NCBI GenBank assembly: GCA_963765085.1 | Contig: CAVXVL010000037.1 | Location: 29,852 to 93,851, forward strand | DNA: 64,000 nt | Direction of reading: 5' to 3' | Source: Terriglobia bacterium | GTDB taxonomy: Bacteria; Acidobacteriota; Terriglobia; Bryobacterales; Bryobacteraceae | Shown here: positions 8,776 through 17,543 of the stretch, piece by piece | Layout: every line of letters starts with the position of its first letter | Numbering within the stretch: position 1 is the first letter of the stretch | Translations under genes and position numbers: made by a program | The notes under the pieces: generated by a model | Seen by the model: only the letters and a program-made list of their open reading frames with translations | What the model was told of the DNA's origin: nothing | Database searches by the model: none

Positions 8776-10692
8776 TTATCGAGTCACTCGGAACGTGGCG
8801 CGGCCAGAGATTTGGCCGTCCGAATTTTGAATCTGAAAAGTTAAGTCCCCCGGCCGTGCAAACAAGGGCGGCGGTACCGTCGCGCTGAGCCCGTCGGAGC
8901 CTCCGAAGGCGGTTTCGGTCTTTTGACCGTTCAGCAAGACGATCGACCCGGGACGGAAGTTTTGACCCATCACGCTGATTGCGGCCGACCCGTCGGGCTG
9001 GACGTTGAATCCGATTCCCGCGTGCGTTTCCGTGGGAATGAGATGAGAGATCGCGGGCGGCGGAGCTTTCCTATTGACGTTCTCCCCGGCAAAACTCCGG
9101 AATTCATCGGTCGCATCCTGCCACTTGAATTGGTCGTCGTAGCGAAAGAAAAATGCGTTCGGATGCTGCAACCATCGTGACAAATCCTTCGCATCGATCC
9201 AGTCTCTTCGCGGTACCGTCACTTGCTCCAGGTCGGGATCACGGTAAGCCAAATGGAACAAGTTCCCCGCTCCGAAGTTCCAGGCGCCGATGCCCTGCCA
9301 GTCCTCAATGAAAATCAGGGCGTGGCCCGTGACGCGATCGAGCGGCAGCGGGGGCGATGACAGCACCGACGAATCCACACGATGGGCAGTGGCAAAATAG
9401 CCTGACTTGATTCCTCGCGCGGCATCGACGCGCGTAGCGGCAATGGTGCCGGCGATGAGAACCATCGCGCAGATGAGTCGAGCATGGCGCGACTGGAACA
9501 CTTTGAGACCCCAATCGACGGCGGCTCCCACCAACATGCAGTATCCGCAAAGCGCGAGATTCCCGTGCCAAAAATAGCCGCCGCTATAAACGGGAACAAT
9601 CAGAAACACGGCGATCCACGCGCAGGCAAATAACCCATATTTGCAATGCCGGGCCTGGTCACGCCACAACTGAAGCCATGCGGCGGTTACGAGAAGAAGT
9701 AGTTCCACTCCGATCAGAGTGTTTCGGGTGTTGATGTAGCCGAGCGCCTGGACGGCGTGATCCGGCGACACGCCATAGATGCGGGCGAACCACAGCGGAT
9801 ACTTGGCCATGTTTTCGAGGATCAGGGTCCAGTTCGCACCGAGCCGGTAGTCTCCGCTGCTCCCGAATTGCGATGCCAAACTCCGCAAGTGAGCGGTCCA
9901 GTACAACGGAATGAGCGCGCCAAACGGAATCAGCCTGAGGACTTCTCGACACACGTCGCGACGCGCGCTCAATCGCCGCGGTTCATAAGCCAGCAGAATC
10001 GCGGACGCAAACAGCAAAAAGACGGGGATTACGATCGTGATCTCTTTACAGGTGAGCGCAATCACGCAGGAAATCCACGAGAGAAAAGTCAGAATATGAC
10101 TCTTTAAGCCGGATGCTCGATAACCGGCGATGAACGTGATGACGCAGATCAATGTGAAGACGATGTGGAGAAAATCGAAGGCGAAAAGCTCGTGGAGGGG
10201 CGCGTAGATGGTCGGCACGCAGGTGAAGTACAGAGCCGCGAAGAACGCTGCGGTGCGGCGTCCCGGCATGAGTTGCAGCACCAGAATATAGATCAGCGCG
10301 CAAACCGCAACCACAGTCAGAAGTTCGGCGTAGCGCCATCCGGCGAGATCATGCCAATCGAGGAAATGATCGCCGATCCAATACGGCAGGAGGAATTGAG
10401 TAGGGCGATACCAACCATAATCGAAGTGAAGATATTGCGCCAGAATGTTCACGAGCGGCTGATGATGCGTGAACACGAAGAACAGCGAGAATTCCGGTCC
10501 GAAGCTTTTGGACCGAATCAAGCCGCGGAATTCCACGACCGAAATTAGTGCGAGGCAGAGGATCAGAAGGAAATCGAGGCGAAATGATCCCAGGCCGGTT
10601 GTCCGCTCGGGCTTGACGGAAAAGGCGAAAGGTCGCCCGGGCGTCGTCGTGACATTTAGTCGCTGAGGCGGTGGCGAGGCTGTGGAAGGCAA
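8776..10692 (-). CDS. polytopic GT-C-like (ArnT/PMT-type) membrane protein with C-terminal IPT/TIG-like beta-sandwich
   Basis: About 12 predicted TM helices over the first ~430 aa, a large soluble region, and a C-terminus (IGFNVQPDGSAAISVMGQNFRPGSIVLLNGQ...LTFQIQNSDGQISG) typical of IPT/TIG repeats. The family assignment is tentative. Confidence 0.6.
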   Translation of the reverse strand: MPSTASPPPQRLNVTTTPGRPFAFSVKPERTTGLGSFRLDFLLILCLALISVVEFRGLIRSKSFGPEFSLFFVFTHHQPLVNILAQYLHFDYGWYRPTQFLLPYWIGDHFLDWHDLAGWRYAELLTVVAVCALIYILVLQLMPGRRTAAFFAALYFTCVPTIYAPLHELFAFDFLHIVFTLICVITFIAGYRASGLKSHILTFLSWISCVIALTCKEITIVIPVFLLFASAILLAYEPRRLSARRDVCREVLRLIPFGALIPLYWTAHLRSLASQFGSSGDYRLGANWTLILENMAKYPLWFARIYGVSPDHAVQALGYINTRNTLIGVELLLLVTAAWLQLWRDQARHCKYGLFACAWIAVFLIVPVYSGGYFWHGNLALCGYCMLVGAAVDWGLKVFQSRHARLICAMVLIAGTIAATRVDAARGIKSGYFATAHRVDSSVLSSPPLPLDRVTGHALIFIEDWQGIGAWNFGAGNLFHLAYRDPDLEQVTVPRRDWIDAKDLSRWLQHPNAFFFRYDDQFKWQDATDEFRSFAGENVNRKAPPPAISHLIPTETHAGIGFNVQPDGSAAISVMGQNFRPGSIVLLNGQKTETAFGGSDGLSATVPPPLFARPGDLTFQIQNSDGQISGRATFRVTR

Positions 10693-10721
10693 TTGGACGG
10701 CTTTCTGCGCACAGGCGAAAT

Positions 10722-10752
10722 CGTGGGCGCGTGGGCGCGTGGGCGCGTGGGA
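10722..10752. repeat. octamer microsatellite (CGTGGGCG) x ~3.9
   Basis: Read directly from the sequence: cgtgggcg cgtgggcg cgtgggcg cgtggga. It lies 30-60 nt upstream of the minus-strand start at 10692. Confidence 0.9.
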
Positions 10753-11039
10753 AGGAGTTCCGTCCGATATTCTCAGGCATCACAATCTCTCTGAATCAGC
10801 TCTGCATTAGCAAGCGAAATGCCACGGCGAGACGCGGCATTTCTAGCCGCATCCCCACGCAAAAACGCATCGATATACACGCGTGTTTTCTATGCGCTTT
10901 CAGCGCATTTTCCTGTCGTTTCGTGTAATTTATCGGCGCGCGATTCGGCGCACATTCGGGAAGAGGCGGCGGGCCGAAGCGCCCCACCGCTGGAGACTTT
11001 GGACACAGAGTCCAGACCGTAGGCCCCTGTTATGTAACT

Positions 11040-11807
11040 CTACGGACGCGGCGGAATGGGACCTTCGTAGCGATGATTGCTGAGGCTCTCCGGGTGAGGG
11101 TCGCCACGATGGCAGGTAAAGCAGGTCACTTCCTGTTTGCCCGCGGGATAGACGCCGGTGCCGGGGAAGTTCGCATTGACCGCGCGCAGGAGCTGGATCA
11201 TTTTTCGCGTGATGTCTTTGCGCGGGTTCGTATCGTCGGCCTGAGGTCCTTTGCCGCCGTGACAGAAGCCACAATCCACATTGAGCGCGTCGCGCCAGTC
11301 TTCCATCAGCGAATGCGCTCCGTGAACCGGAGTGTCCGGCGGCAGCGCTTTCAGATTCACTCCCGGGGTGGTCTCCTTGTTTGGTCCGTTGCGGGCCTCG
11401 CGAGGGGCAATCCAATAAAATGCCGCCTTGGTTTCCGGCTGCGTCTTGCCGCGATGGCACGTGAAGCAATCGACCTCGTGGTAGCCGCGCGGAAACGGGC
11501 CGGCCGTGGACGGGAAAAAGGTCTCCGCGTCCCGCACCAGCGTGATCATCTTGCGCGCCGTTTCCTTGTGCGGGTTATCGTCGGACGCGAAGTCTCCGGC
11601 CACGTGACAGTAGGTGCACTGCACGCCGAGCGCTTCGTTGAATCCGCGCATGACGTCCATCAGGTCGACACCTGTCGCGGGGATCAGCTTCAAGTTCTTC
11701 GGCGTGGGGGCAGGGGCCTTGGTCTCTTGGGCCGAAAGACAGCCGGCTGCGATCATCAGCGTCAGAACAGCGCGCAGGGGGATGTGCTGGATCTTGATAA
11801 AGGGCAT
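11040..11807 (-). CDS. tetrahaem c-type cytochrome, photosynthetic-reaction-centre cytochrome c subunit-like
   Basis: ATG at 11807. N-terminal signal/lipobox-like MIAAGCLSA. Four CxxCH motifs (CTYCH, CFTCH, CGFCH, CFTCH) arranged as two internally duplicated halves. Confidence 0.8.
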   Translation of the reverse strand: MPFIKIQHIPLRAVLTLMIAAGCLSAQETKAPAPTPKNLKLIPATGVDLMDVMRGFNEALGVQCTYCHVAGDFASDDNPHKETARKMITLVRDAETFFPSTAGPFPRGYHEVDCFTCHRGKTQPETKAAFYWIAPREARNGPNKETTPGVNLKALPPDTPVHGAHSLMEDWRDALNVDCGFCHGGKGPQADDTNPRKDITRKMIQLLRAVNANFPGTGVYPAGKQEVTCFTCHRGDPHPESLSNHRYEGPIPPRP

Positions 11808-11946
11808 CTCATCTAAAGTACTGCAAAATGGCTCTAAGAACACAGGGGGTGGGGCCTGTGGCGTAGCCCTTCAAACCTTGCATTGAAAACACTTAGGTGT
11901 CAATGGTCTGGGAATTGCGCCGGATGGAACAGAAAGCGGAGATCTT

Positions 11947-12220
11947 ATGACTACGTTTCTGAGAGCATTCATTCCCTGCACGATGTTGTTCGCCGCGACT
12001 GCGGTGGCTCTGCCACATGCCCCGACTGCAACGCGGTGAGGTCATCGCGTTTCCAATGACGGGAGAAAATGCCGCGCCGATTCCCAGCGGATTCATTCAC
12101 GACTGGATCGGCGCTGCATTCGTGCCCGGCGTCGCGCTCGAAAAGAGTATTGCGTTTCGTCGAGATTACGCAATCTCACAAATAGTACGGGCCCCTCATC
12201 GCGCGAACGAATCTTCATGA
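11947..12220 (+). pseudogene. possible remnant of a secreted-protein gene (signal peptide plus ~65 aa in a second frame)
   Basis: ATG 11947 encodes MTTFLRAFIPCTMLFAATAVALPHA and stops after 30 codons. ORF 12017..12220 continues in another frame (GEVIAFPMTGENAAPIPSGFIHDWIGAAFVPGVALEKS) and then ends abruptly. Confidence 0.25.
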
Positions 12221-12249
12221 CCGGCGTGACGATCAGGATTTAATTTCCA

Positions 12250-12729
12250 CTACAGAGTGCGTTCGAGGGAACGGGGAGAAACCCAAAAAACGGGATGAGA
12301 CGCGGGTTCGCTGGCGCGGTCGCGTGCCGTGGCCGAGAGCAACACCGGGGCGTCGGCGGGGGGAATGAGTTGGATGTATCCCATCTCCAGGGCGCAACGT
12401 GTCCACTTCTTCAAGATCTGACCGACGCGGGAACGCACGACGCCGTAGCGGACAGCAATTTGACCGCAACTCCAGCCCAGTACGAAAAACAATTGCGCAA
12501 TTTTACGTTGCAAGTCGGGGCGGTCCTCGCGGTCGAAGATCGGCACCTGACTCGGAAAGCTAATGGCGTTCGTCCGCAGGGCTTGACGCAAGCGATCGAT
12601 ACGCAGACTATCCAACGGAACTTCGCCCAATGGAGGGAGCGTCCGCCCCTCATACCGCTGCCGCCGCATCGGTTTCGGCATCATTTCCGAAACGGTGCGA
12701 TAACCGTCCGACATCTTCCCCGCGTGCAT
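12250..12729 (-). CDS. stand-alone sigma-70 region-4-like HTH protein
   Basis: The segment DLQRKIAQLFFVLGWSCGQIAVRYGVVRSRVGQILKKW resembles the region-4 HTH of ECF sigma factors. No region 2 is present. The start codon is uncertain (several in-frame Met within the first 21 codons). Confidence 0.5.
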   Translation of the reverse strand: MHAGKMSDGYRTVSEMMPKPMRRQRYEGRTLPPLGEVPLDSLRIDRLRQALRTNAISFPSQVPIFDREDRPDLQRKIAQLFFVLGWSCGQIAVRYGVVRSRVGQILKKWTRCALEMGYIQLIPPADAPVLLSATARDRASEPASHPVFWVSPRSLERTL

Positions 12730-12750
12730 GCCTCAGTATGCGCCGGGCGA

Positions 12751-12767
12751 TATCAAAAAGGCATAAA
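12751..12767 (-). promoter_or_regulatory. KdpE-operator-like direct repeat (TTTATG-CCTTT-TTGATA)
   Basis: Minus-strand reading tttatgcctttttgata, lying between the RR stop (12775) and the HTH gene start (12729). Confidence 0.4.
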
Positions 12768-12774
12768 CGGGGAT

Positions 12775-13506
12775 CTATTCGTCGGAGACGCCGCTCTGCT
12801 CAAAGTCCGAAGGATTGCGGAAGCGATAACCGACCCACGCTTCGGTGAGAAGGTATTGCGGGCGTGCCGGATCGTCTTCGATCTTCTTGCGCAACATGCG
12901 AACGTAGGTGCGTAGATATTCGACTTCGCCGCCGTATTCCGCGCCCCACACGGCGCGCAACAGCCTGACGTGGGTGAGCGGCGCGTTCTGATTTTTCATG
13001 AAGAACGAGAGCAGATCGATCTCTTTGGGAGACAGTCGAATTTCTTCGTCGCGTTTCCATAAGAGCCGCCGCTCGAGGTCCATCCGGAGATCGCCGGCAC
13101 GCAGGATTCTTGGATCCGCTCCGCTGGCCTGAGTCCTGCGCAGCACGGCTCCCATGCGCGCGACCAGCTCGCGAAACCGGAAAGGCTTCGTGACGTAATC
13201 GTCGGCGCCGGCGTCGAGCGCGCGGACCTTATCCTCTTCGGCGTCGCGCACGGTAACCATTACGATGCCCGTCTTCGGCGCAAAGGCGCGAATCTGGCGG
13301 CACGCCTCCACGCCGCTCATGCCGGGCATGTTGACGTCGAGCAGCACGAGATCGAAAGGGCGCTGTTGGATGAACGTAAGCGCCTCCGCACCGGTGCCTG
13401 CTTCTTCGACGGTGAAGCCGCCGGCCGCGAGCGAGGACCGGATGACCTTGCGAAGCGCGGGCTCGTCGTCCACCACCAGCACGTTAACCAGCGGCGGCGA
13501 GATCAT
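12775..13506 (-). CDS. OmpR-family response regulator, KdpE-like
   Basis: Receiver domain (VVDDEP...DLVLLDVNMPGMSG...KPF) plus a winged helix with KdpE-like LSPKEIDLLSFF...VWG...YLRTYVRMLRKKIEDDPARPQYLLTEAWVGYRF. Confidence 0.9.
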   Translation of the reverse strand: MISPPLVNVLVVDDEPALRKVIRSSLAAGGFTVEEAGTGAEALTFIQQRPFDLVLLDVNMPGMSGVEACRQIRAFAPKTGIVMVTVRDAEEDKVRALDAGADDYVTKPFRFRELVARMGAVLRRTQASGADPRILRAGDLRMDLERRLLWKRDEEIRLSPKEIDLLSFFMKNQNAPLTHVRLLRAVWGAEYGGEVEYLRTYVRMLRKKIEDDPARPQYLLTEAWVGYRFRNPSDFEQSGVSDE

Positions 13507-15022
13507 GATTTTCGTTTTCTGGGATCGGCAAAGTCAGGCGAAACGTAGTCCCCTCCACTGCGGCGCTTTCGTTGTCCAGATCGAGCGTACCGCCGAGCGC
13601 TACGGCGATTTTGCGAGCAACATATAACCCAAGCCCGGAGCCATGCGTATGGCGCGCGTCCATCCCCCGGTAGAAGCGATCGAAGATTTTGGTTCGCTCG
13701 CTCGACGGTACCGGATTTCCGCGGCTGATCACGCGCAGCGTAATCGACCGGCCGGCGCGTTGAACGTGCAGCGTGACGACCGAACCGGGCACGGAGTATT
13801 TGCAGGCGTTATCGAGAAGCTGGCTAAGCGCGAGACGAAGCAGTTCCGGATCGGCAAGCGCTTCGCTCGAATCGCAATCTTTGACGACGGAAATCTGATG
13901 GCCGGCGGACTGTCTCTGATACTGTTCCACGGTGTCGGCGATGACCGAACACACGTCGATGAGTTCGATCCACGGTTTGACGGCCTCGCGCTCCAGGCGC
14001 GCGGTGCGCAGAAGACGAGTGGTCAGACGTCCCAATCGAGCGGCCTCCAATTCCACGGTTTCCGCCATTTCGCGATGATGCGGACCGAGGCTATCCGCCT
14101 CGCGCAGGGAACCCGCCGCGGCGAGAATCGTCGACAGCGGGGTCTTGAATTCGTGCGCGAGCGCGTCGAGGACGGCGGTTCGATACGATTCAGTGTGAGC
14201 GGCGGCGGCGGCGCGGCTGGCCTTCGCGAAGGAATGAGTTCTTTCCAACTGCGCGGCGGCCAAGGCAGCCAACGGGCCCGCGGTGAGTTCCGGAGTTTCG
14301 AGTCCCTCAAATCCGATCGCGCCGATGGTGCGTCCTCCCACGCGGATGCACCGGCCCGAAATGCTGAGTTCCGGATCTTCCATGTCCCTCGATCGGATGA
14401 AGACTTGTCCGGTCTTTTCCTCGAGCAGAACGCCCGCGCGTCCCGCGATATGCACCTCGGAACTGAGCGCATCGTACAAACACACAGCCCTCAGACTAAA
14501 TACTTCTAGAAACGGCTCCAGAAAATCGTGCCTGCCGTCCACATCCGGCTCGAGGGCGAGCAGTTGCTGCGCCAGATTGTAGAGCTGCTGGAGCTGCTCT
14601 TTCTGAAGCCGCGTCGATTCCGTTCTGGTTCGTACTTTCGTCACTAGCCGCGTGATCACCAGCCCGGTGGCGAGAAACGAGATCAGCGCGACGATGTCGA
14701 GCGGATTCTGGACCTGAAACGAAAACCGCGGGTACGTGAAGTAAAACTCGAGGGATCCGACCGCGAGAACCGAAACAACAACCGAGGAAGCGAAGTCACC
14801 CGCCAGACACAGCAGCACGAGATCCAATAAGAAGCCAAAACTCGCCGTCGCAAGATTGAGCTCCAGGCGGTACATGACCAGCGTTAAGATGGCAACGCTC
14901 AACGCTCCGATTGCCGACCACTTCACGGCCCGCCAGAAGCCGCTTCGCCGTATCCGTGGAAGTGTGAACGTCCTCGACGTGAATTTCAGCGCTTGCCGCA
15001 GCGGCCGTGACGTTTCAAACAT
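13484..15022 (-). CDS. DUF4118-GAF-HisKA-HATPase sensor histidine kinase (KdpD C-terminal-type, lacking the KdpD N-terminal/Usp domains)
   Basis: Four TM helices of DUF4118 type. H-box LAHEFKTPLSTI, N-box LLDNACKYS, G-boxes DRFYRG and GSGLGLYVA. Overlaps the downstream RR gene by 23 nt. Confidence 0.9.
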   Translation of the reverse strand: MFETSRPLRQALKFTSRTFTLPRIRRSGFWRAVKWSAIGALSVAILTLVMYRLELNLATASFGFLLDLVLLCLAGDFASSVVVSVLAVGSLEFYFTYPRFSFQVQNPLDIVALISFLATGLVITRLVTKVRTRTESTRLQKEQLQQLYNLAQQLLALEPDVDGRHDFLEPFLEVFSLRAVCLYDALSSEVHIAGRAGVLLEEKTGQVFIRSRDMEDPELSISGRCIRVGGRTIGAIGFEGLETPELTAGPLAALAAAQLERTHSFAKASRAAAAAHTESYRTAVLDALAHEFKTPLSTILAAAGSLREADSLGPHHREMAETVELEAARLGRLTTRLLRTARLEREAVKPWIELIDVCSVIADTVEQYQRQSAGHQISVVKDCDSSEALADPELLRLALSQLLDNACKYSVPGSVVTLHVQRAGRSITLRVISRGNPVPSSERTKIFDRFYRGMDARHTHGSGLGLYVARKIAVALGGTLDLDNESAAVEGTTFRLTLPIPENENHDLAAAG

Positions 15023-15334
15023 GAGTGTCGGAGATGACCGCTAGAGCGGAAACCCCCAGCCTCCTGCGAGCGTCCCCGGAACTGTGCTTTCGACGCCCGA
15101 TTTCCCGCGGGCGGCTCGGGATCGTGGCGAGACTGATAGATGGCGGAAGATCGCGACGAGTATGTTTCCTGCTTGCGGCAAGGCGGGGCGTTTCGCGGCG
15201 TCGGACACTTTCACCGTTCCTTTCGCAACGTCCTACAAGTCTTACCGAGAATCTGAGTAAAGAGTTGAAAATCGCACGACCCGCGCAGCATGGGCGGAAC
15301 TTCATCGTGCTGCATACGAGTGTGGGCCACGAAT

Positions 15335-15351
15335 CGTAAAAAAGGCATAAA
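15335..15351 (-). promoter_or_regulatory. KdpE-operator-like direct repeat (TTTATG-CCTTT-TTTACG), facing the HK/RR operon
   Basis: Minus-strand reading tttatgccttttttacg, 313 nt upstream of the HK start at 15022. Confidence 0.5.
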
Positions 15352-15675
15352 AGCCGGGGGAGGGTTCCGCCGACGGCGAGCGCCTTTTCTTCATGTGGTT
15401 ATGATAGCCCTCCTTCGCTCGCGTGCTATAAAATAACACGAATTGCGCAGGCCGGGGCGAGTGCAAGTCCAAACGCAGGAAGGCCGCGCCATTTTTATAG
15501 ACTTTATACGCCAAATGCCGCGTGACAGGTCCGCGGAGCGCCTTCCGCAGGGCCGCTGCAAATGCACTCGCTTTAGCAGCACAAAACGAACACCCGCTAT
15601 GCGGGATATCGGCCCGAAAAGGGGAAAACGTTTATAAGCCCGATCAAAATTTCCTTGGACGGATTTCGCTCTCTC

Positions 15676-15692
15676 TTTATGACTTTTTTACG
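15676..15692 (+). promoter_or_regulatory. KdpE-operator-like direct repeat (TTTATG-ACTTT-TTTACG), facing the porin gene
   Basis: Plus-strand tttatgacttttttacg, 170 nt upstream of the proposed GTG start at 15862. An isolated TTTATA half-site lies at 15631-15636. Confidence 0.5.
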
Positions 15693-15861
15693 GCCTAAGA
15701 CCCACACTGACCATATACCCATGAGTCAGTGTTTTGCTCGCTTAGCAACATCTACTGACACCTGCTGGCCAACGTCAAAGCCAAACCCACGTAGGATGCG
15801 GCTGAGTCATCCACGACGAATAGTTTCACGCCGGCGCCTGAAGAAGAATAGGAAAGAAATA

Positions 15862-17520
15862 GTGCTGCTCCTCAAGAGGCGCAAGAGTTCGCAGGCGCTC
15901 GTCTTCGTCGCACTGGTGGGAACTTGCTATGTGCGCAGTGCTTCCGCGCAGGAGGCGCGTACCGTTCCCGATGCGGACCGATCAGCCGCCATGGATAATT
16001 CCGATTCCAACTTCGCGTCCGCGGCGGATACCATAGAAGTGGCGAATGCTGCAGATTCCAAAGCCGATGCGGACCCCCAATCGGTCGTCACCCCCGCGCT
16101 CCCCATTCCTGCTGCCGCGGCAGTACCCGCGGCGAATGCGGTTCCGGCCCAAGTACAGCGCGGATTTTGGAGCCGTTTCATCAAGGCATACGCGGATGAC
16201 TGGCATCCTCCGGCCGCAAGCGAAGAGTCGAAGTATCGCGGATATCCTCCCGTCGAGAGCAGCCCCCCGTATCCGTTCAGCGTGTGGCCGATCGGCGGCA
16301 CGGTGTGGATCGGCTATAACAACGCGACCGCGTATCCTCTGACCACGGCACTCCAAAACGGCCCGCACGGCGACTGGTGGAAGAAGGCCAACATTCAAAT
16401 TTACGGATGGGCCAACGCGGGAATGAATTTCAGCAGCAGCACCGAGCAGGTGGGCGGCAAGTACGCGAACTCACCCGCGGCCTACGATCAGATCCCCAAT
16501 TCCATTCAACTCGATCAGCTCGTTACGTATATCGAGCGCACTCCCGATACCGTCCAGACGGATCATTTCGATTGGGGCTTCCGCTTTACGAGTCTGTATG
16601 GCGGGAACTATCGTTTCACGACATCGAAGGGTATCTTTAGCCAGCAGCTTTTGACCATCCAGCCGGATGGGACCCTCGGCAAGCAGTACGGCTGGGATCC
16701 GGTCATGGCATACATCGATCTGTATTTTCCGCATGTCGCCTCAGGCATGATTCTGCGCGTGGGGCGTTACGTTTCTCTGCCAGACATCGAAGCGCAGTTA
16801 GCCCCCAATAACTACACCTACACGCACTCGCTCACCTACACGTATGACTGCTATACACAGACAGGCGTGAACGCGACTATCAAGTTGAGCGATCACTGGA
16901 CCTGGCAGGGCGGCATCTCTCCTGGGTGCGATGCGGCTCCGTGGAAAGCGGATGCTCGCGTCACGGGAAACACCTGTTTGCAGTTTATGTGGCGACAGGG
17001 CCAGGACGATATTTACGGCTGCGCCAACTCGATCAACAACAGCAAGTACGCCTACAACAATCTTGCAGCCTATTACTTGACCTGGTATCACAAGATCAAC
17101 GCCCAGTGGCACGTTGATTTCGAGTCCTGGTATCAGTACATGAAGGATACGCCCAATATATTCAATCCAATTGGGCAGACGCTCGTCGAGACCAATTCGA
17201 ACGGCGCGTGGTGCAACCAAGTGTCTCAGGTGACCTGCTACGCTCCCGAATGGGCCTTCTTGAATTACACGAACAGGCAGTTGGGGCCGCACGATTCGAT
17301 CAGTTTGCGCGACGAATATTTCGACGACATCAAGGGTCAGCGGACCGGCTATAAGGGCCATTACGTGGAAGGTGGGGTATCCTGGAATCACTGGATTGGC
17401 ACCACAATCGTTCTGCGCCCGGAAGTGCGGTGGGAGCACAACTTCGAAAATCCGGCCTACGACGGCGGAAATCGTCACAGTCAATTCATGTTCGCTGGTG
17501 ACGTGATCTGGTTCTATTGA
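15862..17520 (+). CDS. outer-membrane beta-barrel porin-like protein
   Basis: In-frame GTG at 15862 preceded by AGGAAAG gives the signal peptide VLLLKRRKSSQALVFVALVGTCYVRSASAQE. Alternating amphipathic strands and a C-terminal ...GDVIWFY aromatic terminus. The ORF-track start at 15655 would add ~70 non-signal residues and would cover the operator-like site. Confidence 0.65.
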   Translation: MLLLKRRKSSQALVFVALVGTCYVRSASAQEARTVPDADRSAAMDNSDSNFASAADTIEVANAADSKADADPQSVVTPALPIPAAAAVPAANAVPAQVQRGFWSRFIKAYADDWHPPAASEESKYRGYPPVESSPPYPFSVWPIGGTVWIGYNNATAYPLTTALQNGPHGDWWKKANIQIYGWANAGMNFSSSTEQVGGKYANSPAAYDQIPNSIQLDQLVTYIERTPDTVQTDHFDWGFRFTSLYGGNYRFTTSKGIFSQQLLTIQPDGTLGKQYGWDPVMAYIDLYFPHVASGMILRVGRYVSLPDIEAQLAPNNYTYTHSLTYTYDCYTQTGVNATIKLSDHWTWQGGISPGCDAAPWKADARVTGNTCLQFMWRQGQDDIYGCANSINNSKYAYNNLAAYYLTWYHKINAQWHVDFESWYQYMKDTPNIFNPIGQTLVETNSNGAWCNQVSQVTCYAPEWAFLNYTNRQLGPHDSISLRDEYFDDIKGQRTGYKGHYVEGGVSWNHWIGTTIVLRPEVRWEHNFENPAYDGGNRHSQFMFAGDVIWFY

Positions 17521-17543
17521 TCTATGGGAGAGGACATCAACTC

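Noticed and set aside
10816-10843. Hairpin GAAATGCC-N12-GGCATTTC as a terminator
   Set aside because: It has an 8-bp stem with a 12-nt loop and no T-tract. It lies ~200 bp from the nearest gene end and upstream of the GT-C gene, so the evidence is too weak for a call.
13643-14509. 288-aa ORF antisense to HK 13484..15022 (similar cases: 30724..31728, 27383..28429, 11073..11816, 3596..4543, 20971..21768, 21518..22372, 45287..46201, 49154..50002)
   Set aside because: All are shadow ORFs opposite genes with strong domain evidence. GC-rich genomes routinely keep such frames open.
15674-15694. The idea that the recurring TTTATGACTTTTT element encodes a conserved peptide (LFMTF / FYEFF)
   Set aside because: The six copies occur on both strands and in different frames relative to any ORF. 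Their hexamer-N5-hexamer periodicity fits a DNA-binding site better.
15655-15861. N-terminal extension of porin 1 as given by the ORF track
   Set aside because: It would add ~70 residues ahead of the signal peptide and would translate through the KdpE-like box. GTG 15862 with an AGGAAAG RBS gives a normal signal peptide.
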